Made by a program: the position numbers and the translations under genes. 64,000 nt of DNA from assembly GCF_009914755.1 (NCBI RefSeq), contig NC_060926.1; one strand, written 5' to 3'. The stretch's first letter is position 1. The number at the start of each line of letters is the position of its first letter. Below the pieces are notes generated by a model. The model saw only the letters and a program-made list of their open reading frames with translations. It did not search any database and was not told the origin of the DNA. Below are positions 12,775-27,815 of this stretch, piece by piece. The DNA comes from the human T2T-CHM13v2.0 reference genome, Homo sapiens.

Positions 12775-14001
12775 CTGCCAGGTACACACAGAAAGGAGGG
12801 TCAGGGTGTGGCCTTCACGAGGCAGCCAGCTGCCCCTGCTCCTGCAGGAGAAATTCATTGTGGGCCTCTTCCCCTCCACAAGAGGGGGCCTGGCAAGGTC
12901 CCCACAGCTTGGTGTTGGGTGGGGGGTAAGGCAGGCCAGGGCCAGCCCAGAGTCAGGCATCACAGGCCAGCAGGACGAGGGCACCAAGCGACTTTCCTCC
13001 CTATCCCCACTTCCCGAGGGGCCTCAGTTTCTCTCTGCCAATTACTCTTTTATTCATTCGTGCAGTTAATATTTCACTGAGCATCAAGTATGTGCCAGGC
13101 ACGTTCAAGGTGCTGCAGACACAGAGGTGAAGAAAATAGCCGTGAACAGCCCCCTGCCTGAACGTGTCTGACAGGGCAGGGAGAGAATGTTAGAGTTCCT
13201 GGACTACCACCCCTGGGGTAAAGGCCACACTGCTTTCTTTCCAGGGCAATACTAGACGGGCTTTAACCTGGAAGATGGTAAAAATGCAAAGCCGCCCCCT
13301 CGGAGAAGGGGGTAAAGAGCAGGCAACTTCCTGGACTCCATCCCATGGGGGAGGGGCCTCGGCAGGAGCTTCCCTTTCCGTGTTGGTGCCTGATGTCACC
13401 CCGGGTCCCGCAGAGGCTGGAAGTCAACCAGAGGGACTGCCCATCCGAGAGCTGCAAGCCCACTTGGAGCAGGGGCAAGAGTAGGGGACAGTGAGGGCAG
13501 GAGAGTTTGCCTCCCTCACAGCCTAAGGCTGGAGCACAGAGGCCGGGGTGGGATCCAGCCTCATCCCTGAGCCCCTCTGCCAGGGTCTTACAGTCACTGC
13601 ATCACGAGATGGAGAGGGCAGTGCCTTCGGGGGTCACGGTGAGAAAACACTGAGGAGAGATGGGGAGCCCCTGTGGGGGTCCCAGCAAGTGTGAGGAGGC
13701 GTGAGAAAATTCACAACTGCAACTTCTGGCAAAAAGAGAATACGTGGACTAAGGCTGGAAAAGTGTGCCCCACAGGCTGGGGGAGCCTCGCAGGTCCCCT
13801 GGGCTGTGAGGAAGGTAAGCCACATCCCAGCTTCTAGAGCGGGAGCCTGCGCCACCCATCAACCAGTGCTGTGTCCCAGTCTCTGCTTCCAGCAGATCCC
13901 CCACCCAGGGGCCATGGCCAGCGCGGAAGACCTGCTTCTCCCTGGGTCCAGGACCGGGGCCCTTGCTCTGGGAGCCTCCCTCCCAGAGGCATCCCACTTA
14001 C

Positions 14002-14129
14002 GAGATGGCCTCCACCATGGCCAGCCCCATGAGGATGGAGCAGACGGCGTGGTCCTCCCGGTAGTCAGGCAAGCCGCAGATGCAGTAGTAGCAGTCGCCC
14101 AGGATCTTAATCCGCAGCTGGTGGTATTT
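14002..14129 (-). CDS. ADCY3: ADCY3 exon, 128 nt, [16 protein letters not shown]...VEAI(S), C1a second metal-binding Asp
   Basis: cag|AAA acceptor, TC|gtaagt donor; IKILGDCY motif. Confidence 0.98.
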
Positions 14130-14298
14130 CTGAAAGGGGAGGGCCTGGCCTGTGCTCCAGCCCCTCCTCAGTGAGGGAGGAGTGGCCAAGAAAGCAGAGG
14201 AAGGACAGTGGGAGAAAATCATGGGGCCGGGGATGGGGGCCAGGCAGAGGCCATGAGGGCAGGCCCCGCTGGAGAGCCAGGCGGGGCCAGGGACTTAC

Positions 14299-14410
14299 AG
14301 CTGCCAGCTTGTCAAAGCGGGCAAAGAGCTCGTTGAGCAGCTTCACAAGCTCCTGGGCACTGCAGGCAGAAGACAGCTGGGTAAAGCCCACGATGTCGGC
14401 AAAGAGGATG
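14299..14410 (-). CDS. ADCY3: ADCY3 exon, 112 nt, (S)[10 protein letters not shown]...FDKLAA, C1a first metal-binding Asp
   Basis: cag|C acceptor, GCT|gtaagt donor; class III cyclase motif FADIVGFT. Confidence 0.98.
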
Positions 14411-14996
14411 CTGCATGAGGAAGGAACCGTGGGGGTGACGCTCCAGGCAGCCAGGTGTACCCGACCCCACTGCCAGCTCCCTCTCCAACCCACAGGGCAG
14501 CCAGGATCAGGGCAGGAGAAGGTCCTCCCTCACGACCCCCAGACAGTGAGACCCTGACCCTTCCAGGTAAAGTCAGGGCTCTGACCTTGCACTTGTCCTA
14601 GCAGACTTCCCCTGCAGGCCTCCCTCCCTGTGGTGCCTGGGGACCACCCCACACTGCCCACTCCTGCCCAGGCTGAACTCATCCTTCTTCCTAGAATCAC
14701 AGGTCAGGGCTCTAGCCCCAGTGCTGGCCCTCAACAGCTGGGTGACCTCACAGGAGTCCCTTCCCCGCTCCAGGTGATATCTGTTCTATGATGGGGTTGG
14801 ACCAAGCAGCCTAGAGCACACTGTAGCTTCAACATCTGCTGGCAGCTTCCTCCGCCAGGCTGATGAATGCTGTGGGAGGCCTTGCTTCTAGTCCCTGGAA
14901 AACCTCTTGAAGCCCACAGCACCTAGCGGGTCCCACAAAGATGCAGCCCTCCACAGCCTGCTCTGCCATCAGAGCCCGCGCCCCGGGCCGGCGTAC

Positions 14997-15127
14997 CTGA
15001 CGTTCTCGTGACGGTACATGTACATGGTGTTGAACTGCTGCTGGTCCTTCTGGCTCTCGTCTTTCTTCATGTCTTTCAGCATCTCGTCAGCCACGTGCTT
15101 GGGCAGGATGGAAAGCATGAGGTTCTC
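14997..15127 (-). CDS. ADCY3: ADCY3 exon, 131 nt, [13 protein letters not shown]...YRHENV
   Basis: cag|GAG acceptor, AG|gtacgc donor; conserved LSILP motif. Confidence 0.97.
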
Positions 15128-15933
15128 CTGTGAGGGGCAGGAGAGGGTCAGAGGCAAAGGTAGGCCCTGCTAGAGGCAAGTTCAGATACTTCTGGGAAGA
15201 AATGCCCCGATCCTGGCAAGAAACGTGAGCAGGGAACCATGCTGCCCTCCAGAGAGACCTCACAGATCTGCCTCGGGAGCAGCCAGGGGTCTGGGACAGG
15301 CAGCTTCTGGCCCTGACAAGGCTGAGGGTGGCAATGGCCCCTTCAGAGCAACTGAGGGGAGCCAGAAACGCAGTGAAGCATCCCAACGTGGCTCTGTGCT
15401 CAGCATCCTCGTGCCACAAGAAGCGCAGCAGTCCTGCGTGGGCTGCTGCACCGTGAGCCCTCCCGGCAGGAGCCCTGCGGGGTCACCTCAGCCACCCGCC
15501 ACGGCTGCACAGAGCCATCGCTCACAAAATTCTGCTTTGACCTGATCAAAGACTGACAGCAGACCAGGCACTACACGAGGCGCCAGCGACACAAAACCAG
15601 CAAGAACGTCCACCTCAGAGAGCGGAGGGTCTCACGGGGACACAGGTAACCATGCCCAGCACAGCGCAGCATGGCAAGTTCTGTGCCCAGAAAGGAGAGA
15701 GCAGAGGACGGCGCAAGAGAGAAGCAGGGGCCAAGGTCGGCCGGGGAGGAGGCATCAAGGAGGCCTTCCTGAAGGAGCCTTGGTCGAGCCCAAGACGCGA
15801 CGCTGAGGGCACTCCTGTTGGAGGCAGCCGTGTACACAAACGCACAGACACACGCAAAGCGCACCAGGGTCCTTCAGGGATTTCTGTGGAGGTAAAAACA
15901 GAAACATGGCTTGAGAGCTGGGCATGGTTTAGA

Positions 15934-16390
15934 TCAGGGTCAGCAAACCGTGGCCTGTGGGCCCAATCTGACTGCTGCTGTCTTTCTTCTTTTTATACAG
16001 GGTCTTGCTCTGTTGCCCAGGCTGGAGTGCAGTGGTGCAAACATGGCTCACAGTAGCCTCAACGTCCTGGACTCAAGTGATCCTCCCACCTCAACCTCTG
16101 GAGTAGCTGGGAGTACAGGCATGCATCACCACACCCAGCTAATTTTTACATTTTTTGTAGAAACAGGGTCTTGCCATGTTGCCCAAGCTGGTCTTGGACT
16201 CCTGCGCTCAAATCATCCTCTGTTTTCATAAAGTTTTCCTGGCACCCAGCCATGCTCATTTGTTGATATATTGTCTCTGGCTGTTTTAACACTCCAATGG
16301 CAGAGTGGGGTAGATGCGACAGAGACCGTATGGCCCACAGAGCCAAAGATATTTACTATGTGGCTCTTGTCAGAAGAGGTCTGTGGCTTG
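15934..16390 (+). mobile_element. MER58A (hAT-Charlie) interrupted by a partial Alu
   Basis: cagggtcagcaaac...gagaccgtatggcccacagagccaaagatatttactatgtggc. Confidence 0.8.
15990..16219 (-). mobile_element. Partial AluJ-like element inside MER58A
   Basis: cagggtcttgctctgttgcccaggctgg. Confidence 0.85.
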
Positions 16391-17559
16391 GGCGGTGCCG
16401 GTCTCTGGAACAGGGAACAGAGGAAGAGCGGCAGATATGAGGGCAAAGACAGGGTTTGGTTCTGAGGCGCTGTGGGGCCTCTGTGCGGGCACCTGCAGGC
16501 AGCGCTCAGGAGAGGCAGTGGGCTGAACCATCCGCCTGGAAGCCATGGGTTGGATAAGCAGTACGGAGAGAGAAAACCAGGGACAGAATGTGGTGCTGCG
16601 GAGGCGAAGCCAGGGACCAGAGGCTCAGCAGGGAGCTGGTCAAGAGGGGAGCACTGCCCCCATCCCTGAGGGGAGGAGGGTGATGATGGCGTCTGGTGAA
16701 GGATGGTGGGGGGCACTTGGGGGAGAATCCCAAGTTGAGGTTTTGCAAGATGGAAACTGTAAAAGGCCAAGGGGCATGAGAACTAGCTCATGGCAGGGAC
16801 ACAACTAAAGAAAGTGTGTCCAGCAAGGGGCCAAGATACAAATGAAACCGCAGCAGGCACAGGGGGAGGCCAGGGAACCGGAAGGCAGAGATGTGGCTGG
16901 AGGACAGGTGCCCGCTGACCTTCAGGGTGGAGTGCTTCCGGGTGGCCAGGCCCGTGTCGCCATGGGGTCGGCTGCTGAAAGGTGAGGAGTGCATGGGCGG
17001 GAACTCAGGACCCCCAGGAGCTCTGTGCCTAGGGTGCAGGTCCCAGGCATTACCACCCTGGGTCCTGGGTGGCCAGAAAACCAAGAACTAGTGGCTTGGT
17101 CCTCAGCACCTAGGGCCTGGCTGGATGGCTGTGGGTCCCAGGCCACAGGAGCAGGAGCCAGGGACCTTGCCTCCTGACAAGGCCTGGGCAGGGGGGCACC
17201 ATGCAAGTGCTCTGACTCTGCTGAGTTCAGGGGTCCCTGAGGCCCGAGAGAGGCCAGCTCATCCTGCATGTCAGATGCACCTGCTTTGGGGCAGGAGGAG
17301 GTGAAGGCTCAACTCCACTCCTCTGGGTGGAGCTGCCAAGAGGTCCCCAGAGTCTGCTGTTGTACTTGGGCCCTCAGCACCTGGTAAACCAGAGGCCTCC
17401 CTTGTGAGAATCAGCTCTGCTACAGGTCCCCATCTTCTGCACTCTGTGGCTTCATGGGGAGAATTTATCACCTTTCTTGCAGGGAATCACACCATTAGGA
17501 CAAGGTGAGCATGCCTGGCACTGGCCCCTGCCTGAAGCAGTAATAGTGGTTTTGCGCTT

Positions 17560-20146
<2,587 letters not shown>

Positions 20147-20802
20147 CTCTTATTCTTCCATTTCCACAGCAATATCTCTTCACTGTTAACCTCAAGCATG
20201 GCACTACAGCTCAGGAATGAGAAGGCAAAGTAATCCCAGTACGCCCTGCCCTGGCTCCACCGAAGCCTGGGAAGTGGCATCCAGTTCTCCCAGGGCCCTG
20301 CAGCCCAGGGATAGCAACTTAGGCAGCCTTGGTGCTTGGCAACTCCCCTCTCTCTGCCAGTCAAGTGTGGTGAGAGGATGCCCAATGCAAAGAAATGGGT
20401 GAAGTGCTGGGTGGGACAGGACCCGTCTCGGAACCTAACTAACCAGACATTGTGGAAAAAGCTCTGGGTTTGCAGAAAAGATGAGCCTCTAGGAAGGTTT
20501 TCAAGAAAAGCCAGAGATGGGGCCCCACCAGCTCTTGAGGGCAGCCTCTCAAGGCAGACAGCTGCTGGGAGTCCTGAGGGGCAGGCAGAGCTGAGGAGTC
20601 TGGAGGAGGCAGGTGGGAGGCAGCACCCACTGGGCTGGGGCTGGGTTTCTCTGGTCAGTAATCCCGGGGATCCCAGCCCGCACTGGAGTGTGCGGCCCTG
20701 GTGTGCTTGAGGCTCGCGGGGCAGGAGGAGGCAGCCGTCAGGATCATGAGTGCTGGCCTGGCTCAGCCCCCAGCCCTGCCTGCACTCACTGTGGCTATAA
20801 GG

Positions 20803-21315
20803 TGTTGGGAACAAGCCCCCCAAAATCTGGCCATAAACTGGCCCCAAAACTGGCCATAAACAAAATCTCTGCAGCACTGTGACATGTTCATGATGGCCAT
20901 AACGCCCATGCTGGAAGGTTGTGGGTTTACAGAAATGAGGACAAGGAACACCTGGCCTGCCCAGGGTGGAAAACCCCTTAACGGCATTCTTAAGCCACAA
21001 ACAATAGCATGAGCAATCTGTGCCTTAAGGACATGCTCCTGCTGCAGTTAACTAGCCCAACCTATTCCTTTAATTCGGCCCATCCCTTCGTTTCCCATAA
21101 CGGATACTTTTAGTTAATTTAATATCTATAGAAACAATGCTAATGACTGGTTTGCTGTTAATAAATATGTGGGTAAATCTCTGTTCGGGGCTCTCAGCTC
21201 TGAAGGCTGTGAGACCCCTGATTTCCCACTTCACACCTCTATATTTCTGTGTGCGTGTCTTTAATTTCTCTAGCACCACTGGGTTAGGGTCTCCCCAGCC
21301 GAGCTGGTCTCGGCA
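20803..21315 (+). mobile_element. MER9 solo LTR (HERV-K9/HML-3)
   Basis: tgttgggaac...gagctggtctcggca matches recalled MER9; TSD taagg/taagg; AATAAA 21160-21165. Confidence 0.9.
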
Positions 21316-24300
21316 TAAGGCAGGATACTAAACCTCCCTGTGCCTTGGTTTCCTAGGCAGGAAAGCAGGAAGGACACAATTCATTGCCGGCAAGCACTTA
21401 GAACAGTGCCTGGCCCACAGGAAGCGCTCACCATAGTCCAGCTTTTCCTACAGTCACATGATAGAAAGTATGACTGAGTGACTGAGGGTGTGGAGACAGC
21501 AGGTGGCTCAAAAAGACAGGGCTTAATGTTCCTCTGGGCTTTGAAGTTGGCCAGAAGTTTTTAGGTTGAGTTCCAGTGAGATGTGCCAGGGTCAGCACAA
21601 ACCCTCTGGGTCACTCAGCCTGGTCTCCTGAGCTCTGCTTACTGCAGGTGGGACAACAAAGGGATACAAGGAAGGGCCCTGCCTTCCATTTGAGTCTCAG
21701 CCCCCCCCGCCACGTGTGCATTCAGGGTGCTGCTTGGGTGAGGAGGGCGCAGATGTGTGAGGAGCATGGGGAGGCGTGGTCAGGTGTGTGGGCAGGGAGG
21801 GACGTGGAACGTGAGGTTTAAGAACGTCACAGCACCGTGCTGGCCTCCCTCCCAGCCTACATGCAGTGGCTCCTGCAGCCACAGCCCACACAGGCCTTTC
21901 CTGCCCTCCTGGGTCTACCTCAGAGTTCTGTCCCTTCAGAAAAGCCTCTTCAGGCTCTCTTGGAACCTTGGGGACCTGAGAGTCCAATCCAGTCCTGTGG
22001 GAGCTCCATGCCCCTGACCACAGTACTGGTTCTCCCTCCAGACACTGCTGAGCCTCCTCCCGGTATGGCTGGGGTCTCGGAGACTGTCTACCAATACAGA
22101 ACAAAAGTAGCGGCAGAGGCACAAAACCAGGGCAGCCCTGGAGCCCAAAACAGGAGCCTCGGAAGGGCCACATGAGTGAAGCGGCCGTGAGCTTCTCTCT
22201 GGGGGTGGGACAGGGGGAATTTCCATTTTTTTCCCTTATATATTTCCATAACCTTTGCTAAGAGCACAAATATGTTCTGAAAGCAGAAAATCAAACTTAA
22301 ATAACAAGAAAGGAGCTATGCTTATAAATTCAGGCTGCCAATTCCCTGTGTGGTTTGTGGAAACCTTATAGTCAGGCTCAAAAAGTGAAGCAGGCCAACA
22401 GTCTACCTGGAGTCATTCTGGTAACAAGACGAGTTTTAAACAAGACGTCAGTGCGTGCAGAAGAAAGGACACACGGAACCTGACAGAGGGGAAAGGAGGA
22501 GGGGGGTCTGGGAGACGAAGGCCCACGGAGGGAGGGGCCCTCCCCCTGCCACCCCCCAAGCCTCAGGGCCTCTGGCAACCGCCTCTGAATGTGTCTCCCA
22601 GGTGCCGGCCGGCTCCTCTCATTCAGTCCACCTTTGGCACGGTATCTGGATGTCCTCTAAGCTGTGCGACACCATTGCCCAGCACCCTCAGTGGTGGCAC
22701 TGACCTGTCTTTCTAGTCCTGTCCCCCACTGCTCTCCTTGTGGCCCCTTAGGGTAGATGAGCTGGACTGTTTCCTCTTCTCGGTACCCCTCCCTGTCCTC
22801 TGCTTCTGGTGTCACTCTCTGTGGAACATTCCTCCCTCCCCACACCTTCGACACCCACCTCACATGTCACCTCTCCAGAGAGCCCCTGGCCCCTGCCCAG
22901 GGGTGTCTGTTCCTCCCTCCTCACTAACACCCACTTTGTTGGTGCCTCTCGATTGGTGCTGGCCTTGTTTGCCCTTAGAGTTCAGAGGTTCTAAACCCTT
23001 TCCTGGATCCTGGCCCCTTTCATGAGTGCGTGATGCTAGCTACGGACCTTCTAGAAAAATGCTCATACACACACAGAAGATCCCTGATTACCATTCCAGA
23101 GCCCTGGCTAAAGACTCCGACACCCCTTCATTTGTGTTCCTGGGGGAAGGAAGGAGGCTGGGATCCAGGTGAACTGGCAAATGGGTCCCACAGTGGGGGA
23201 CAGGAGTGCAGGGGAGAGAGGCCACCCATAGCAGCCTAGGATTGCTCAGGGCCCCAGGGATGATCAATGTGGCTTGGTCTCCCCAGCGTGGAAGCAGAGC
23301 CTGCTCTTCCAAAGATAGCAGTTGCTATACGTTTCAAGAGTCACAAGAATGTTCCAAACCTTTGACCCATTAATAGCTCTTCTGAGAATTTATCCCCCCA
23401 AATCCAACAGAAGTAAAAAGATATACGTAGAAGGTGATCTGCATTGCAACTTGACTTAACCCTTGTGGAAAAAACTGTAAGTCGCCCAAATACCCAGCAA
23501 ATGGCTAATTAAAATGACACATCCTCTGGATGGAAGATTCTACAACCTTAAGAATGACCATAATGAAACAACAGTATTGTTTATCATTGCAATAAAGTAC
23601 AGAGAGAGAAGAGCGGGACAAAATTGTGTTCTGTGAAGCTGACGCTGGGATCTATGTGTGCATAGAAATAAAGGCAGAAGGCTATATGCAAAGAGAAAAG
23701 GCTCATTTAACTTGGACGACCGAATTAGGGAAAACCTGAAACGTTTTTCAAAGTTGCTATAGGGTGCTGGTGGTTGTTCTTTTTAAAAATACTTTTTAAA
23801 CTGGAAATAAACATGGAACTTCCTGTTGCCTCCAGCTGTGATCCTATCCCTGACCTCGGCTTCTCTGGAAGGACCACAGTTTTCTTAGAAAGGGAACATC
23901 CCTCAAGGCCTTTGGGCTTGGCTCCAGACTTCCTAGTCAGCTTGGACATAACCTGAGGAGGGGGAACCTATGGCCAGGCACGAACCAAGGAGACACACAG
24001 CCAAAATGGGGGTGGGGGAAGGCAGTGGTCCTCCTAGGAAGCCAAAGACAGAACGGTCACCCTGGGCTGGCTTCGCTCTGTAGCTCTCATGAACCCAGCA
24101 CCCACCAGGTGACAGACACCATCCACCCAGTCAAAATCATCCCTCTCCTTTGCTAAAACTTCTGCATCAACCCGGTATTATTTATGTGCAATATTGTCTC
24201 AAGTTTGCAGGTGACAAAGCCTAGGCACAGAGAGATGAAGTTGTCTGTTACACATCCCAAAGGGTTAGCGGTAGACCCTGAACCCAGGGCTCTGAGACCC

Positions 24301-24369
24301 CTGGAATGGGTGAGTTTTTGTGCTTTTCCCACCCCAGTTCTCTCATCTGCTTTAATGTTGTTCTGCTAC

Positions 24370-24817
24370 AGATGTGAAGGTCCCCCCAGTGCCCAGGGGC
24401 ATCGGTTAAAACCTTTCCAAAAGTCCCATAGACTGTTCTTTTAAATAAACATAGAAATGGATCCTTCTGCTCTTAAGGCTTAAAACTTCTACTTATCTGA
24501 GTTCCTTCCTCAGCAAAGGACCTTCAGGCCTCTCAAATGAAGTACTGAATAACTGAAACTCACCAACCAGGTCACCACATCCAGACAATGAGACTCAGGA
24601 CCCCTCATTCCTATTGTCTCGCGCGTTGTTCCATTTCTTCCCTGCCGTGTAAACCCCGGATTTAGCAGGTCAGAGAGATGGATTGGAGACTGAGTCCCCA
24701 TATCCTCTACCGCAGCACCCGATTAAAGCCGTATTCCTTGGCAATAATTGCTGTCACAGTGATTGGCTTTCTGTGCAAGCAGCAGGACCCAGACCGAAGC
24801 CCTGGTGTTTTGTAACA
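24370..24817 (+). mobile_element. ERV1-class solo LTR, MER39-like (5' boundary approximate)
   Basis: aaataaacatagaaat...tatctgagttccttcctcag and the 3' end cagtgattggctttctgtg...gtaaca resemble MER39. Confidence 0.65.
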
Positions 24818-25745
24818 TAGTAAGGCCCTGACAGTGCGGCTCTGGCTCTGGACACCCTCCCCAGGGCTCCATGCCACCTGGGCGTGGGAATCAGGCAGCC
24901 CCTTCCGGTGGGTCCTTCCTCACAGAAACGGCCCAGCGGCTGCCTCGGGGGGAACTTGCAACAGCCTCTGATGTGTCTCCCAGCACCCCGGTCCGCTCCT
25001 CCTCTGCAATCCACTGTCCCCACGGCATCTGATGTCCTCAAAGACGTCCTGTGGCTGCCATTGCCAGGCACCAGGCAGGGGTGGGGGGTACAGGGGCAGT
25101 GGTGGTGGCGGCTCCTAGAGTCCTCCCTGGGACCCACATTAAGCAGAGAAGAGGGAGCGGAGGAGGAGAGTGCTGCCTCCATGGCTCCCTCCCCACCCTG
25201 TGGCCTAAGGACACTGGTGGGTCACCCGGCCTCCCCGGCCTCACTGCCCTGTGCTACTCCTCACAGGCTGAGGAGAGGAGGGGCCCACGTGGCAAAGCCC
25301 GGCCTCAGAGCAGGCATGAGTGGCCACCGTGTACTCAGAAAGTACTCAACTGGGCTGAGCGTGAGAGGCCTGATGCCAGGACAGCCCCGGACCTCGACAG
25401 AGGCCTGCTGCTCCCCAACACCCCCAGCAGACGCCTGCCTGCCTCTCCACGGCCAGGAGCCGCTGCCCGAGGACCCGAGCTGCCAACGCCCGCGGAAACT
25501 TGGGTTGCCCTCGTCACTGCCACACAGAGTGGCCGAGCCGGTGCTGGGAGTGCAGCCCTGGTTCAGCCGAGCCCATCCCCAGGACTTCAGGCTGCCCTAC
25601 CCAGAGTGTGGCTGGTGGGGCTGTGGACTCAGCATCACCCGTGCTCATCAGGGTGGGGAAGCCACGGACCGTGAGGCACACCTGTGCACCTGAGGTTTGA
25701 GAAGTCTCTCTTGAGGAACAAGATTTGAAGGAAAGGAACAGCTGG

Positions 25746-25748
<3 letters not shown>

Positions 25749-25808
<60 letters not shown>
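25749..25808. repeat. (GT)30 microsatellite
   Basis: Pure 60-bp run. Confidence 0.98.
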
Positions 25809-25810
<2 letters not shown>

Positions 25811-26208
25811 GGGTGTTATTTGTACAACATTCTGGAAGAGTCTACCTACTAAAGGCACTGCCTCCAGCCATATCAAACTAGGAGGCAAAACCTGTAACCG
25901 AGGACTGGGGTATAAGGAAGCTGCAGAAAACAAGACCCTCAAAGCCAGTGCGATGTGTTTTGAGGTGGAAATGGCTGCGCGCCTCAGGACACGACGTATG
26001 GCGACCTTGCCCCCTTCCCAAAGCCCAAGGATGGCACAGGACCCCACTGTGAGGAGCTGCCGCAGGGGAAGGTGCAACAGGGCAGCGCCCAGGGGGCAGG
26101 GGTCACTTGGCAGCTTCCATATTCTTTGTATGTTTTCTTTTCCTGTAATCCTTTTTTATTGTTACAATTGTTTTATAGTGTGATTTTCAGATTGAAACGC
26201 GCCTCATC

Positions 26209-26526
<318 letters not shown>

Positions 26527-27495
26527 AGTGAGCCTTATCTCTTGAAAGCTCCTGGCACTGGGCATTTCATCGCTATTCAATGCCCATCACTGAACATCAT
26601 TATTCATACATACTGATTCATATATACTGAATCTGTATATACAATGACTATAGCCATTGAATGAGGATATACAATAATCAGTACACAATTGAATGGTGAT
26701 ATTCATCATGATGTGAATTCTTGTGATCCATTTCAGGCCCCTTTGGTGTTGTCTCTCCTTTATAAAAATTACTTGAGGACACAGAGGCCACTTCTCCCAG
26801 GACTGCACCTGTTCAGGCTGTGGTGTCTTGAAGCTGTGGCCTGTGGTGGCTTCACTCTTGGACTGTGACTTTCGGTAGGGGGTGGCAGGGTTCCAGAGAA
26901 CCGGACTGTGGAAAAAGGACCCTTCCTTCACTTGAAGCTACTTTTTATCTGATGGCCTGGACTAAACAGAGGAGTATCTGTTGACGTAAGATAGTAATGA
27001 CTAATCCCAAAGGTGGCTTTGCTGAAGAAACAAAGCATGTTTAAAATCAGAACATCTGTCAGAGGAGTGGCCATATCACCCAGGGGTTTTGGGGGGTACA
27101 GCAAAGCTCACTGATCTGGGGTTAGGCTGCAAAGGCCCCCATGCCCTGGGCAGGTACTTCACCCCGGGGGCTTGGTTCCTTATCTATAAAATGGGCATCT
27201 CTTAGGCCTCTTTGTTTAAAGTGTAAATCTTTCCAGAAGGAGAACTTCTCAGAAGATACAGAGGATGTATTTAGAAATGTGTGGCTGGCGTGTCACTGGG
27301 ACAAGTGGCTCGTGGCTTTTGTTCTGCTGAAATCTGGTGCAACATACAGGATGAAATTCAAAAAGGATAGAGGTCATAGTCTGTACCTGAGACTCCCAAA
27401 CCAAATGCAGGAGAACAGAATGGGAGAGACACAATGTACCAATGTTGCGGGGGTTAGAAGGGGGACACCTACCATTTGAGATGCTGTTAGATTTA

Positions 27496-27815
<320 letters not shown>

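Noticed and set aside
24884-25693. 269-aa + strand ORF
   Set aside because: GTG start, GC-rich compositional ORF with no recognisable homology
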